From an uncultured virus (IMG/VR IMGVR_UViG_3300034656_000087) (taxonomy: Duplodnaviria > Heunggongvirae > Uroviricota > Caudoviricetes), in IMG/VR virus record IMGVR_UViG_3300034656_000087: 64,000 bases of DNA. One strand, given 5' to 3'. Within the stretch, counting starts at the first letter, position 1. The number at the start of each line of letters is the position of its first letter. Positions 37,763-46,707 of this stretch are shown in pieces. The position numbers were made by a program, and so were the translations under genes. The notes under the pieces were generated by a model. The model saw only the letters and a program-made list of their open reading frames with translations. It did no database searches and was not told where the DNA came from.

Positions 37763-37960
37763 ATGGTGTTAATAGAAATCCGTTGTAAGCAATGCAATCG
37801 CAAGCTGGCCAACGTCAGCGACTATCAGTTCATCGAAATAAAGTGCCCACGTTGTAGGCACTTAAACCAGCAGAGAGCCACGAGCTCCAAACCCTTAAAG
37901 GAGACGCCTCGTGGCTACCCCAATCATTCCCTGGATGGGCGGCAAGCGCCGCCTCGCTGA
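37763..37960 (+). CDS. com: Com-family zinc-ribbon translational regulator
   Basis: IRCKQCNRKLA...IEIKCPRCRHLN. Confidence 0.88.
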   Translation: MVLIEIRCKQCNRKLANVSDYQFIEIKCPRCRHLNQQRATSSKPLKETPRGYPNHSLDGRQAPPR

Positions 37961-38702
37961 CCGTATCTTCCCACTAATGCCACCGCACCAGTGCTACGTA
38001 GAGCCCTTCGCAGGAGGGGCCGCGCTGTTCTTCCTGCGCCCCTCCCCTGCAGACGTCGAGGTGCTAAACGACGTCAACGGCGACTTGGTGAACCTATATC
38101 GTGTGGTGCAGAACCACCTTGAGGAGTTCGTCAGGCAGTTCAAGTGGGCACTCTCCAGCCGCCAAGTGTTCGAGTGGCTGAAGATGACACGCCCAGAAAC
38201 ACTCACGGACATCCAGAGGGCTGCACGCTTCTACTATCTACAGCAGAACGCCTTCGGTGCCCGCATCGAAGGCCAAACGTTTGGCACTGCCACCACTACA
38301 CCGCCAGGGCTAAACCTGCTGCGCCTAGAGGAGTCGCTGTCCGCTGCACACCTACGCTTAGCCAGCACGTTCATCGAACACCTAAGCTGGCAAGACTGCA
38401 TCGAGCGATACGATCGCCCGCACACGCTCTTCTATATGGACCCGCCCTACTGGCAGACAGAAGGATATGGGGTACCCTTTGGCATAGAGCAGTACGAGGA
38501 AATGGCGAGCATACTGGCCAGGCTGAAAGGCAAGGCCATCATCAGCCTCAACGACCACCCAGACATCCGCCGGATCTTCGCGGACTACCACATCGAAACC
38601 ACCGACATACGCTACACCGTCGGGGGCGGCAAAGGCTCAGACGCCAAAGAGGTTCTGATCTTCAGTTGGGATGTGGATGCCGAGCCAGCGGGGCTGTTTT
38701 AG
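37911..38702 (+). CDS. dam: DNA adenine methyltransferase (Dam/D12 class) at the mom position
   Basis: WMGGK, YVEPFAGG, LNDVNGDL, DPPY. Confidence 0.95.
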   Translation: MATPIIPWMGGKRRLADRIFPLMPPHQCYVEPFAGGAALFFLRPSPADVEVLNDVNGDLVNLYRVVQNHLEEFVRQFKWALSSRQVFEWLKMTRPETLTDIQRAARFYYLQQNAFGARIEGQTFGTATTTPPGLNLLRLEESLSAAHLRLASTFIEHLSWQDCIERYDRPHTLFYMDPPYWQTEGYGVPFGIEQYEEMASILARLKGKAIISLNDHPDIRRIFADYHIETTDIRYTVGGGKGSDAKEVLIFSWDVDAEPAGLF

Positions 38703-38716
38703 ATTAGAGAGGAACA

Positions 38717-38986
38717 ATGTGCCGACCTCGAAATATCCCACCAAACTGGATATTTGTAGAAAGCTGGCTTGATAAAAGTGGTATCTATACCTGTGCCACT
38801 TTTGCTGAGCCGCGTAGCCCTTTTGATTCATTAGATACTCAGCTAATGCTTGAGGGATTCACAATTGAAGCATTGGCAGGGTTCGATGCCATTGATGTAA
38901 AAGAGCTTACTTATAAGGAGGTGTCCAAACGATACATTAAGCGAGGTCGCGTGAACTTATTGCATGGCGGAAAACGCAAAAGATAG
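38717..38986 (+). CDS. Small AT-rich hypothetical protein at the prophage right end
   Basis: SD GAGG, 89 aa; stops at the first right-end motif. Confidence 0.6.
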   Translation: MCRPRNIPPNWIFVESWLDKSGIYTCATFAEPRSPFDSLDTQLMLEGFTIEALAGFDAIDVKELTYKEVSKRYIKRGRVNLLHGGKRKR

Positions 38987-39078
38987 TGCCAAAGATTCTG
39001 CAAAATGTACCCGCATTAGCGCTGTGCGCTAGTGCCAATTATATCGCTAGAAAGTGCCAAATATACCGCGCGTTTACA
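38985..39078 (+). repeat. Mu-like right end with three transposase-binding motifs
   Basis: AGTGCCAA at 38985, 39031 and 39053; terminal TTTACA at 39073-39078. Confidence 0.9.
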
Positions 39079-39130
39079 TTTTATCGAAGGCCTAGTACCT
39101 TGCAGTATTTCTATACCCACCATAGACCCA

Positions 39131-39164
39131 ACAAAAAAGGCCACCCGCTTGGGTGGCCTTTTGT
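39131..39164. terminator. Bidirectional terminator, probably the native tRNA terminator
   Basis: AAAAGGCCACCC-GCTT-GGGTGGCCTTTT. Confidence 0.85.
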
Positions 39165-39197
39165 ATTCTCTAATGCTTTGCTTTTCAACCACTTAAG

Positions 39198-39242
39198 TGG
39201 TGCCGACACCAGGAGTCGAACCCGGGACCTACTGATTACAAG
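39198..39242 (-). repeat. att site: duplicated 3' half of tRNA-Thr(UGU)
   Basis: Reverse complement CTTGTAATCAGTAGGTCCCGGGTTCGACTCCTGGTGTCGGCACCA covers anticodon loop, T arm and CCA; the 5' half is absent. Confidence 0.92.
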
Positions 39243-39472
39243 ATATATCAATTTTATATAATAAACAAAATGATATAAGAAAAAGAACTATGTAAAACAG
39301 ATGCTAATAGGCATTAAAAAACAATAACTTATAGTGACCTACTACGCAGGAAAATGGCGCAACCAGCAGTAGCGCGAAAAAGTGCATAAACGCGCATGAA
39401 AACGCATAAAAAAATACCCCCTTAGAACCGCCTTCCCGCCCAGCAGTGGCGCGGCTTGAGACGCCGCTGCAA

Positions 39473-39528
39473 GGGTGCATAAAAACCACCACATTTAGCG
39501 CGCGGGCGGGGCGGGGTGCCGATAGCGC
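39473..39528 (+). other. P2-type cos site
   Basis: GTGCATAAAAACCAC...GGCGGGGCGGGGTGCCGAT (39505-39523)-AGCGCG resembles P2 cos GGCGAGGCGGGGAAAGCAC; downstream of Q. Confidence 0.75.
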
Positions 39529-39743
39529 GGCGTGGGTCGCCGCCGGGGGGTGGGCAGGCGGGCCGTACAGCTCGCACAAGGCGCTTTCTAGGATTGCGAA
39601 TGGTCGGGGTAGGGCTAGAATTGCGGCGCTTACAGCGAATAATAGAGCTAATAAAAAGGCTAATACGACTCATTCAAAAATCAACTTCACGCATGCGCCC
39701 ACAAAAAAGCCGTCCAGGTGGGCGGCTCAATTAGTGGCTTGGT

Positions 39744-40805
39744 TTACTCTGCGTTCGGGTCATCCAGTCGATAAGGATCGAACCTCACCACCTCTTCACC
39801 AACGTGTTCGTTGATCTCTCTCATCGTTGCCTGCAGCGGTTCCAGTTCATTGGCTACGAACACCCGCGCTGCCTTTTCGATGTCGCCAAACCCCCCGGTA
39901 TTTTGCGGGATGATGCCCATTAACTGGGGCGGTATGCGATGACCAGCCAGCTGATCGTCGCGGGTGATGTTCTTGATGTTGTAGAACTCATCTTTGGCGG
40001 CCACCTCAGACACCGGGATGATCTGAACGCCGTCCTTCTTACCACGAGGCGAGTAGAGAAACAGGTTCCGGAAGTTGCCCGGCCCCTTACTCTCTTTCAG
40101 CGCCTTACGCATCGCGTCAATATCCTTCTGGTCGTGGGCCGGATCATTCACATACATGATAAATCCAGCGTGTGAGCCGTTCAGATAGTAGCGGCGGCGG
40201 AACAGCGTAGCCGACTCATTCAACCAGGCGCTTTGCAGGCTGCCGATATAGTCCGGCACCCCATAGATAGTCTGGTCTATGTCGGGCTCCAATAGGTGGA
40301 TGGTTCGCCCCTTGGGCAGCTCCACGCGCTCCATGTAGTTGGGGTTCCACCAGTAGCGGTCATCATCACCGCGCCGCATATACTTTGCCGAGCGATGCTG
40401 CAAGCCCAGCAAGCGGCCTAACCGCCCTCTCATCTCTTCCAGGTAGCCATTGCCAAACACTAGGTAGTCGAGGGCTAGCGCGCTGAAGTTGCGGCGGCTT
40501 AGCAGCGGGTGGGGTACAAACGTTTTGAGCAAAATATTCCGCTTCACTTGCAAGGCGCTGCCGTGGTGTGGGGTCGCGCGATAGCTCTTGGCAAGAATGC
40601 TCAGCGGGATCGGTGGTTCGTACCACTCATCAGGCGTTAGCCAGACACCCTCATACCAAACGTCACGCATGCTAGTGACTGGCTCGGGGTCGCCAAAGGT
40701 GAATGCCTCCATCCGTCCATTATCAGTGGCCACCGCTGGGGCGGCCGTTTCAGTCTGATAGGCGGGCACGCGAATACGCGGCTTAGCCGCAGCGGTCGTC
40801 GTCAT
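39744..40805 (-). CDS. Q: Portal protein
   Basis: EAFTFGDPEPV, WYEPP, LNESATLFRRRYY.NGSHAG, AAKDEF. Confidence 0.96.
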   Translation of the reverse strand: MTTTAAAKPRIRVPAYQTETAAPAVATDNGRMEAFTFGDPEPVTSMRDVWYEGVWLTPDEWYEPPIPLSILAKSYRATPHHGSALQVKRNILLKTFVPHPLLSRRNFSALALDYLVFGNGYLEEMRGRLGRLLGLQHRSAKYMRRGDDDRYWWNPNYMERVELPKGRTIHLLEPDIDQTIYGVPDYIGSLQSAWLNESATLFRRRYYLNGSHAGFIMYVNDPAHDQKDIDAMRKALKESKGPGNFRNLFLYSPRGKKDGVQIIPVSEVAAKDEFYNIKNITRDDQLAGHRIPPQLMGIIPQNTGGFGDIEKAARVFVANELEPLQATMREINEHVGEEVVRFDPYRLDDPNAE

Positions 40806-42592
40806 TCGTACATCTCCATTAGGGATTGCCCAGCGCCTTCGTTGGCTGGGCCGTCGATGGGTTCGAAATGCAGGGCGTGCATCGTTGCCCACGCGAGATC
40901 CGCGTGGCCGGTCGCCTTGTTGCGACCCGATACATAGGTGAATTGGCGGCCTGAGCCGGTCAGTTCCTTTTTAATACACATGAACGACGCGGCAAGATCC
41001 GACCAGCCGGCATCGAACTCAAGCCGGTCTTTACGCATGATCTGCTGAGCCTGCAGAACCATCTGGGTTTTCAGGGCAACGTCATAGCGGTAGCGCACCA
41101 CCGTGGGGAACCATTTCTCGACGTACTCAGCGACCGCGCCGCCGATGCCGGTAGTATCAATGCCGATATGGCCAATGTTGTATTTGGCGCGGAAGGATTC
41201 GATGAACGTGGCCTGCTTTTCGTAGTCTTGGCCTTTTAGCCGGTGTCGCTCCAAAATGCGGTGTTTCTCATCGCTTGATCGAGCAGGCAGCACCACCACC
41301 AGGCCCGCGCCGTCGCCATCCTCGCCTTGGCCGGTCGGGTCGTAGCCGATCCACACCTCCCGATCACCCACTGGGCGCGGCGCAAATGGTCGGTAGTCAT
41401 CCCACACTTCCCAGCTGTCGACCATGCAGGCCTTCATCGTGGCCAGCGGGAACGCGCTTTGCGAATCATCGACAAACCCGCACATCAGCAGGTTATCGAA
41501 CTCTTCTGGCGAGTATTCGAGGCGAAGCTGATCGAGGTCGAAAAGGTCGCAGCCGCCTTCCATCGCATCCAGCACGGTAACGATCTGCCGCCAGTGGCCA
41601 TCAGGGCATAGCTTGCCGTTTTTCAGCACATCGTGAGAAACATCAAACTCCTCACGCTCAGATTTTTTGCGCCGCTTGTTGAACAGCTCGCCATTCCAGA
41701 ATGGATACCCTTCGTGGCCAACACTCGACGGCGTCGAGAAATACGTCTGCCGCCACTTCTTGTGCATGGCCATGCCGCTGGTGACCTTGCGGAATTCAGC
41801 AAAGCGATGAATCCAGAAATACTCATCGAGATACACGTCACCGTGATAACCCTGGGCGGTCTTGCTGTTGGTACCCAGGAAGTGCAGCTCGGCACCGTTA
41901 TCCAGAACGATGGGGTCGGCCTTCAGCTCGACATCGCACACCTCTTTGACGAACTGAACGATATAGTTGCGGAAAATGTGGGCCTGGGCGCGTGATGCAG
42001 ATAGGAAAATCTTGTTACGGCCATGCTTGAACGCATCGACGATAGCCTCCCTGGCGAAGTACCAGGTGGCGCCAATCTGTCGGCTTTTGAGGATGTTACG
42101 AATGCGGTGCTTCTGCCCTGCCTCATGCCACACCGCCTGATATTCGAAAAGCGAATCCAGAAACGCCGCTTCAAGCGCCTCGACCTGCTCATCATCCAGC
42201 GCGTTGCGCCTTGGCTTCTTCTTCGGCCCAGCATTGCGCGCCTCGATGTTGGGGTTTAAGTCCCCCTCGCGCCCGGTTTCGTCATATTTGCGAACCCTGG
42301 CTAAGCGCTCCATTTGCCGCCCGAGTAGATCAATCTCTTTGTAGTCGACCGGCTCTTTTTTCGGCTTTGAGATCAACTGCACCAGGCGCGCTTCGAGCGT
42401 GTGTTCTACCCGCTCGGTGGGCGTGGCATCCTCCCAGCGGTCGCGCGCCTTCCAGCTATGCACCGTCGCGGGCTTTTCGCCAATATGCTCAGCGATACGT
42501 GCCACTCTCCACCCCTGCCAGTAGAGGTGCCGAGCGGTCATGCGCGGCGATTCTTCCGCGCTAGGGATGAGGTTAGGGGCTGTCGTCGTCAT
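40802..42592 (-). CDS. P: Terminase ATPase subunit
   Basis: LYWQGW, RNILKSRQIGATWYFAREA, YLDEYFW, HADLAWA. Confidence 0.96.
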   Translation of the reverse strand: MTTTAPNLIPSAEESPRMTARHLYWQGWRVARIAEHIGEKPATVHSWKARDRWEDATPTERVEHTLEARLVQLISKPKKEPVDYKEIDLLGRQMERLARVRKYDETGREGDLNPNIEARNAGPKKKPRRNALDDEQVEALEAAFLDSLFEYQAVWHEAGQKHRIRNILKSRQIGATWYFAREAIVDAFKHGRNKIFLSASRAQAHIFRNYIVQFVKEVCDVELKADPIVLDNGAELHFLGTNSKTAQGYHGDVYLDEYFWIHRFAEFRKVTSGMAMHKKWRQTYFSTPSSVGHEGYPFWNGELFNKRRKKSEREEFDVSHDVLKNGKLCPDGHWRQIVTVLDAMEGGCDLFDLDQLRLEYSPEEFDNLLMCGFVDDSQSAFPLATMKACMVDSWEVWDDYRPFAPRPVGDREVWIGYDPTGQGEDGDGAGLVVVLPARSSDEKHRILERHRLKGQDYEKQATFIESFRAKYNIGHIGIDTTGIGGAVAEYVEKWFPTVVRYRYDVALKTQMVLQAQQIMRKDRLEFDAGWSDLAASFMCIKKELTGSGRQFTYVSGRNKATGHADLAWATMHALHFEPIDGPANEGAGQSLMEMYE

Positions 42593-42598
42593 GCCGCC

Positions 42599-42698
42599 AG
42601 CGTACCCGCCGCGCGCGATGCCCACGCCTGCCTCGACTTGTCTTGCCTTCCTCGCACAACGCCAAGCCGTTGAGACTATCGCGCTACACGCGGAACCT
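42599..42698. promoter_or_regulatory. Divergent late promoters pP/pO sharing one Ogr-type site
   Basis: TGT-N14-ACA at 42639-42658; -10 TACGCT (minus) and GAACCT (plus) at equal offsets. Confidence 0.72.
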
Positions 42699-42735
42699 GA
42701 GCGCTATCAACCGCAAACCGCTCAGGATGCACACC

Positions 42736-43545
42736 ATGGCAAAGTTTTTCCGCGTCGCTACTGAAGGCGCAACTACCGACGGTCGCGAGATCCAGCGTGA
42801 ATGGATCGAGCAAATGGCCGCCAATTACGACCAGAACAAGTACGGCGCGCGCATTTGGATGGAGCATATTCGCGGTATCAGCGCGGATAGTGCCTTTGGC
42901 GCGCTAGGCGATGTGCTTTCAGTCGAGGCGCGGGAAGTGGAAGACGGAAAGCTAGCGCTATTCGCTGAAATCGAGCCCACCGAGCAGCTAAAGGAAATCA
43001 ACAAGCGCCGTCAAAAGGTGTACACCAGCATCGAAGTAAATCCGAAGTTTGCAGACACTGGTGAAGCCTATCTGGAAGGCCTGGCGGTCACTGACTCCCC
43101 CGCATCGCTAGGCACTGAGTTTCTCAAGTTCAGCCGTGAGGCTGGCGACAAATCACCGCTAGCCGGACGCAAGCAGCACGCTGATAACCTCTTCACGGCC
43201 TCCGAAGAAGTCAACTTCGATTTCGACGAAGAGGAAACGCCGAAGCCCGGCATCGGCGAGTTCGTGAAAAAGCTGTTCAGTCGCCAAGAAGCAAAAACCA
43301 ACAAAGGCTTTGAGGCCTTCGGTGCCGACATCAAGGTGGCATTCGAGGAGTTCGCCCAGCGTCACGACGCCATGAATGCCGAGCTAGAGGCGCGCCCCAC
43401 TGCCGACCAGTTCAGCCAACTGAAAGCCGATCATTCGGCACTGCAAAAGCGCTTCGATGAGCTGTACGCCAAGCTCGACAGCACCCCGGATACGCCGCCG
43501 CGCACACCGGCAACTGGCGGTGGCCAAGAGCTAACCGACTGCTAG
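42736..43545 (+). CDS. O: Capsid scaffolding protein
   Basis: FFRVATEGATTDGR, QKVYTSIE, GLAVTDSPASLGT, ends LTDC. Confidence 0.95.
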   Translation: MAKFFRVATEGATTDGREIQREWIEQMAANYDQNKYGARIWMEHIRGISADSAFGALGDVLSVEAREVEDGKLALFAEIEPTEQLKEINKRRQKVYTSIEVNPKFADTGEAYLEGLAVTDSPASLGTEFLKFSREAGDKSPLAGRKQHADNLFTASEEVNFDFDEEETPKPGIGEFVKKLFSRQEAKTNKGFEAFGADIKVAFEEFAQRHDAMNAELEARPTADQFSQLKADHSALQKRFDELYAKLDSTPDTPPRTPATGGGQELTDC

Positions 43546-43591
43546 GCACCGCCAATAGCCATTGCCATCACACTTATTCAAGGGAAAAACC

Positions 43592-44614
43592 ATGCGTACA
43601 GATACACGTAAAGCCTTTAACGCCTTCAAGAGTCAGCTGGCCAAGCTGAACGGTGTAGAGAGCGCGGGCGAACAGTTCAATGTCACGCCCAGCGTTCAGC
43701 AAACGCTCGAAACCCGCATGCAAGAGTCAAGCGAGTTCCTGTCTAGCATCAACATGGTCGGCGTCGATGAAATCAAAGGGCAGAAGGTGGGCCTGGGGGT
43801 AACCGGACCTATCGCCGGTCGCACGAACACAGAGGAAAAGGATCGCGCCACGCGCGACGTCAGCGAGCTGACCGACAACAGTTACGAAGCGGTTAGCACC
43901 GAGTTTGATACTCATATTCGCTGGGCGCAGCTGGATGCCTGGTCGCGCTTCCCAGATTTTCAAGCGCGTATCCGTAACGCCATCCTGCAGCGTCAGGCGC
44001 TCGACCGCATCATGATCGGTTTCAACGGCACCACAGCGGCAGCGGAAACCGACCGAACCACTAACCCAATGCTGCAGGATGTCAACGTTGGCTGGCTGCA
44101 GAAATATCGTACTCACGCGCCCGCCCGCGTGCTAACCGGCGGGGCAACGGCGGGAAGCGTCACCGTAGGCGCTGGCGGTGATTATGAAAACCTCGATGCC
44201 CTAGTGTTCGATGCAGTCAACGAAATGATCGACCCCTGGTACCGCGAGGACACTGCGCTGGTAGCCATCATGGGCCGCAAGATGCTAGCGGATAAGTATT
44301 TCCCGCTGATTCAGCAGCACGCTGAAACGCCAACAGAAAACCGCGCGCTAGATCTCATGATCAGCCAAAAACGGGTGGGCGGTCTGCAGGCAGTGCGTGC
44401 GCCGTTCGTGCCAGACGGCTCCATCCTGATCACCTCGCTAGCCAACCTATCCCTCTATTGGCAGCTCGGCAGCCGCCGCCGTTACGTCATGGATAATCCG
44501 AAGCGCAACCGGATTGAGAACTACGAAAGCTCCAATGACGCCTACGTTATTGAAGATTACGGCTTCGGCTGCCTGGTGGAGAATATCACTGAAGTAGTTG
44601 CTGGGGGTGCTTGA
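43592..44614 (+). CDS. N: Major capsid protein
   Basis: PSVQQTLE, ALDRIMIGFNG, LQDVNVGWLQ, YESSNDAYVIED. Confidence 0.97.
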   Translation: MRTDTRKAFNAFKSQLAKLNGVESAGEQFNVTPSVQQTLETRMQESSEFLSSINMVGVDEIKGQKVGLGVTGPIAGRTNTEEKDRATRDVSELTDNSYEAVSTEFDTHIRWAQLDAWSRFPDFQARIRNAILQRQALDRIMIGFNGTTAAAETDRTTNPMLQDVNVGWLQKYRTHAPARVLTGGATAGSVTVGAGGDYENLDALVFDAVNEMIDPWYREDTALVAIMGRKMLADKYFPLIQQHAETPTENRALDLMISQKRVGGLQAVRAPFVPDGSILITSLANLSLYWQLGSRRRYVMDNPKRNRIENYESSNDAYVIEDYGFGCLVENITEVVAGGA

Positions 44615-45294
44615 TGAAGAGTCCGGCACGCAAGCACTTTGAGCAGGTGTCCGCCGCGAAAGCGGCGGGCACCGCAACCCCAGGCGAGCAGCAGCAAGGC
44701 GAACAGTACGAGCTACACGCGCACGCACTGTATGAAGCCCGCCGCACGCTAAAAAACATCAAATCGATCCAAGCCAAGATCGAGAAAAAACGGGAATTGC
44801 TGCCCGACTTCATGCCCTACATCAACGGCGTGCTGAGTGAAGGCAAGGGCGCAAAAGACGACGTGCTTATGACCATGATGGTCTGGTGCATCGATGTGGG
44901 CGATTACGAAAAAGCCATGGAAATTGGAGCCTACGCCGTGAAGCATAATATCGACACGCCTGACCAGTACGAGCGCGACACAGTCAGCATCCTGGCCGAG
45001 GAGATCGCTGAGGGCGTCAAGCTGCAACTGGCAAAAGAAGATGCCGACGCCGACGCGCTGGCCAACGTTATGGCACGGGCCGTGGCCATCGTCGGTGATG
45101 CAGATATGCACGATGAGATCAAAGCCAAGGTGCACAAGTCCTACGGCTACGCCCTACGCGCCGCCGAAGATCCTGAAGGCGCACTGGAACAGCTCAAGCA
45201 GGCGCTAACGCTCAATGAGCGAATTGGCGTCAAGCAAGATATTCAGCAGCTAGAACGGCAGCTAAAGAACGCAGGCGAAAAGGCTAACGCCTAG
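44611..45294 (+). CDS. M: Terminase endonuclease subunit
   Basis: SPARKH, KIEKKRELLP, MVWCIDVGD, GVKQDI. Confidence 0.93.
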   Translation: MMKSPARKHFEQVSAAKAAGTATPGEQQQGEQYELHAHALYEARRTLKNIKSIQAKIEKKRELLPDFMPYINGVLSEGKGAKDDVLMTMMVWCIDVGDYEKAMEIGAYAVKHNIDTPDQYERDTVSILAEEIAEGVKLQLAKEDADADALANVMARAVAIVGDADMHDEIKAKVHKSYGYALRAAEDPEGALEQLKQALTLNERIGVKQDIQQLERQLKNAGEKANA

Positions 45295-45389
45295 CGCCCA
45301 ACCGAGTCGCACCCCGACGGCAAGGGGGCACCGCCAAGCAAGGGCTTTCAGCCTCGCGCAAAGCGGTCCACCCCCTTCTTTCTTAACAG

Positions 45390-45860
45390 GTGGCCAGCAT
45401 GATTGCCCACGGCACCAACCCGCCCAGCCCATCGCTAGAACCCATCACCAATAACGGATTCTGGCCAGACATTGATCCCGCAGAATTTCGCGAAGAAGAG
45501 CGTGTGCACAACGTCACGCCGCCGCGAATCCGCCAATCACTACGAGCCGCCATAGCGGATATCAATCGGCAGCTAGCAAGCTACCAAATGGAGCAACAGG
45601 CCAGCGGCCGCGCCAATATCAATGAGGTGCCTATCGAGCCTTGGCAAACGCCGGGGGATCTGCAGCTGCTTTACCTCCGCGCCGTCTACGCCCAAGCCCA
45701 GGCGGATCTCCTGGAGCGCTACCGCGACGCATCGGCCACCGGCGAAGGCGACGAACGCGGCGAAGCTAAAGACCTCGCGGCAGACGACTACCGCGCCGAT
45801 GCCCGATGGGCCATCGCAGAGCTGACCGGCATCAATCACACCACGGTCGAGCTGATATGA
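45390..45860 (+). CDS. L: Head completion protein
   Basis: NGFWPDI, Y.RAVY, ARWAI, ends TVELI. Confidence 0.92.
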   Translation: MASMIAHGTNPPSPSLEPITNNGFWPDIDPAEFREEERVHNVTPPRIRQSLRAAIADINRQLASYQMEQQASGRANINEVPIEPWQTPGDLQLLYLRAVYAQAQADLLERYRDASATGEGDERGEAKDLAADDYRADARWAIAELTGINHTTVELI

Positions 45861-46072
45861 ACCGAGTGGTACGCGCCCATCAGGGCGAAACGCTAGACGC
45901 CCTGCTCTACCGCGTGTACGGCAGAACGGCAGCCATCACAGAGCAAACGCTGCAGTTAAACCCGCACCTAGCCGACCAAGGGCCGGTGCTCAAAGAGGGA
46001 ACCCCGGTCACGCTACCGCCGCCACCGGAAACCCGCGAAACTAAAAAGCCAAAAATTCAGCTATGGAGCTGA
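45857..46072 (+). CDS. X: Tail protein X
   Basis: QGETLDAL.YR.YG...NP.LA..GPVL..GT.V.LP...IQLW. Confidence 0.92.
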   Translation: MNRVVRAHQGETLDALLYRVYGRTAAITEQTLQLNPHLADQGPVLKEGTPVTLPPPPETRETKKPKIQLWS

Positions 46073-46092
46073 GCAAACGATAAGGGGAACCC

Positions 46093-46437
46093 ATGGCCGA
46101 ACCATCAACCGCCGCCGCCGCCGGTACCGCATCGCTCGCCGCGCTGGTGATAGGCATGCTGCCCGGCATCGACGCCAATGCAGTGGTGGGCGCATTTTGC
46201 GGCGCCACGCTATTTGTCATTAGCGCAAAGGATTTAGGGATTTTGGAGCGCCTGGCGTACCTGCTCATCAGCTTTTGGGTCGGGTACCTCGGTGGCCCTG
46301 CCACGCTGGGCAACATGCTAGAGCACTCCGCCGTCGCTGCGTTTATCGCATCCGCCGTTTCAGTAACCGCCGGGCTAAGAGCGATTGAGGGAGTAAAGAC
46401 GCTCGACCTGAAGGCCTGGCTGGGAGGGCGCAAGTGA
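46093..46437 (+). CDS. Putative holin
   Basis: MAEP..., GAF.GA.LFV; three TM segments; lysis position. Confidence 0.8.
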   Translation: MAEPSTAAAAGTASLAALVIGMLPGIDANAVVGAFCGATLFVISAKDLGILERLAYLLISFWVGYLGGPATLGNMLEHSAVAAFIASAVSVTAGLRAIEGVKTLDLKAWLGGRK

Positions 46438-46706
46438 ACATCGTCGACGCTATTACGCTAGCTGCTGCGCTGGTGGTACTGGCAAGGCTGCTCACATTCC
46501 GCCGCCGCGCCGCACGTTATCGCCCGGGCGTCGCCCTGCTGTCATGGCTGCTGGTGGTGCTTACTACCTGCCTGGCGGTATTTGGGGCACCTCCTAACGA
46601 TGTCGTCCGCTGGTTAATCGCCGCCGCGCTGGTCGCGCTGGCCATCGGGCTAATCCGCACTGGTGGCAATGTCGCCCATCTCATCCGTCCGCTTCGGAGG
46701 CAATAG
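46434..46706 (+). CDS. Second holin-family protein (DUF754-like)
   Basis: RLL.FRR..ARYR...GNVA.L; TM segments. Confidence 0.78.
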   Translation: MNIVDAITLAAALVVLARLLTFRRRAARYRPGVALLSWLLVVLTTCLAVFGAPPNDVVRWLIAAALVALAIGLIRTGGNVAHLIRPLRRQ

Positions 46707-46707
46707 C

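Larger units (their letters stand above)
1981..39078 (+). mobile_element. Mu-like transposable prophage, ~37.1 kb, siphovirus-type tail, apparently complete
   Basis: TGT at 1981 and ACA at 39076-39078; TTTTA duplicated at 1976-1980 and 39079-39083; gene order c-ner-A-B...mor-lysis-ter-portal-F-G-I-T-tail-com-dam. Confidence 0.95.

Noticed and set aside
39198..39242. Intact tRNA-Thr gene
   Set aside because: Only anticodon loop to CCA is present; the adjacent sequence is AT-rich and cannot form the D arm or 5' acceptor strand.
38986..39261. 91-aa ORF
   Set aside because: Crosses the Mu end, a terminator and the att site, so it is a chance frame.
39304..39814. ORFs over the cos region
   Set aside because: Overlap cos and regulatory DNA on both strands with low-complexity translations.
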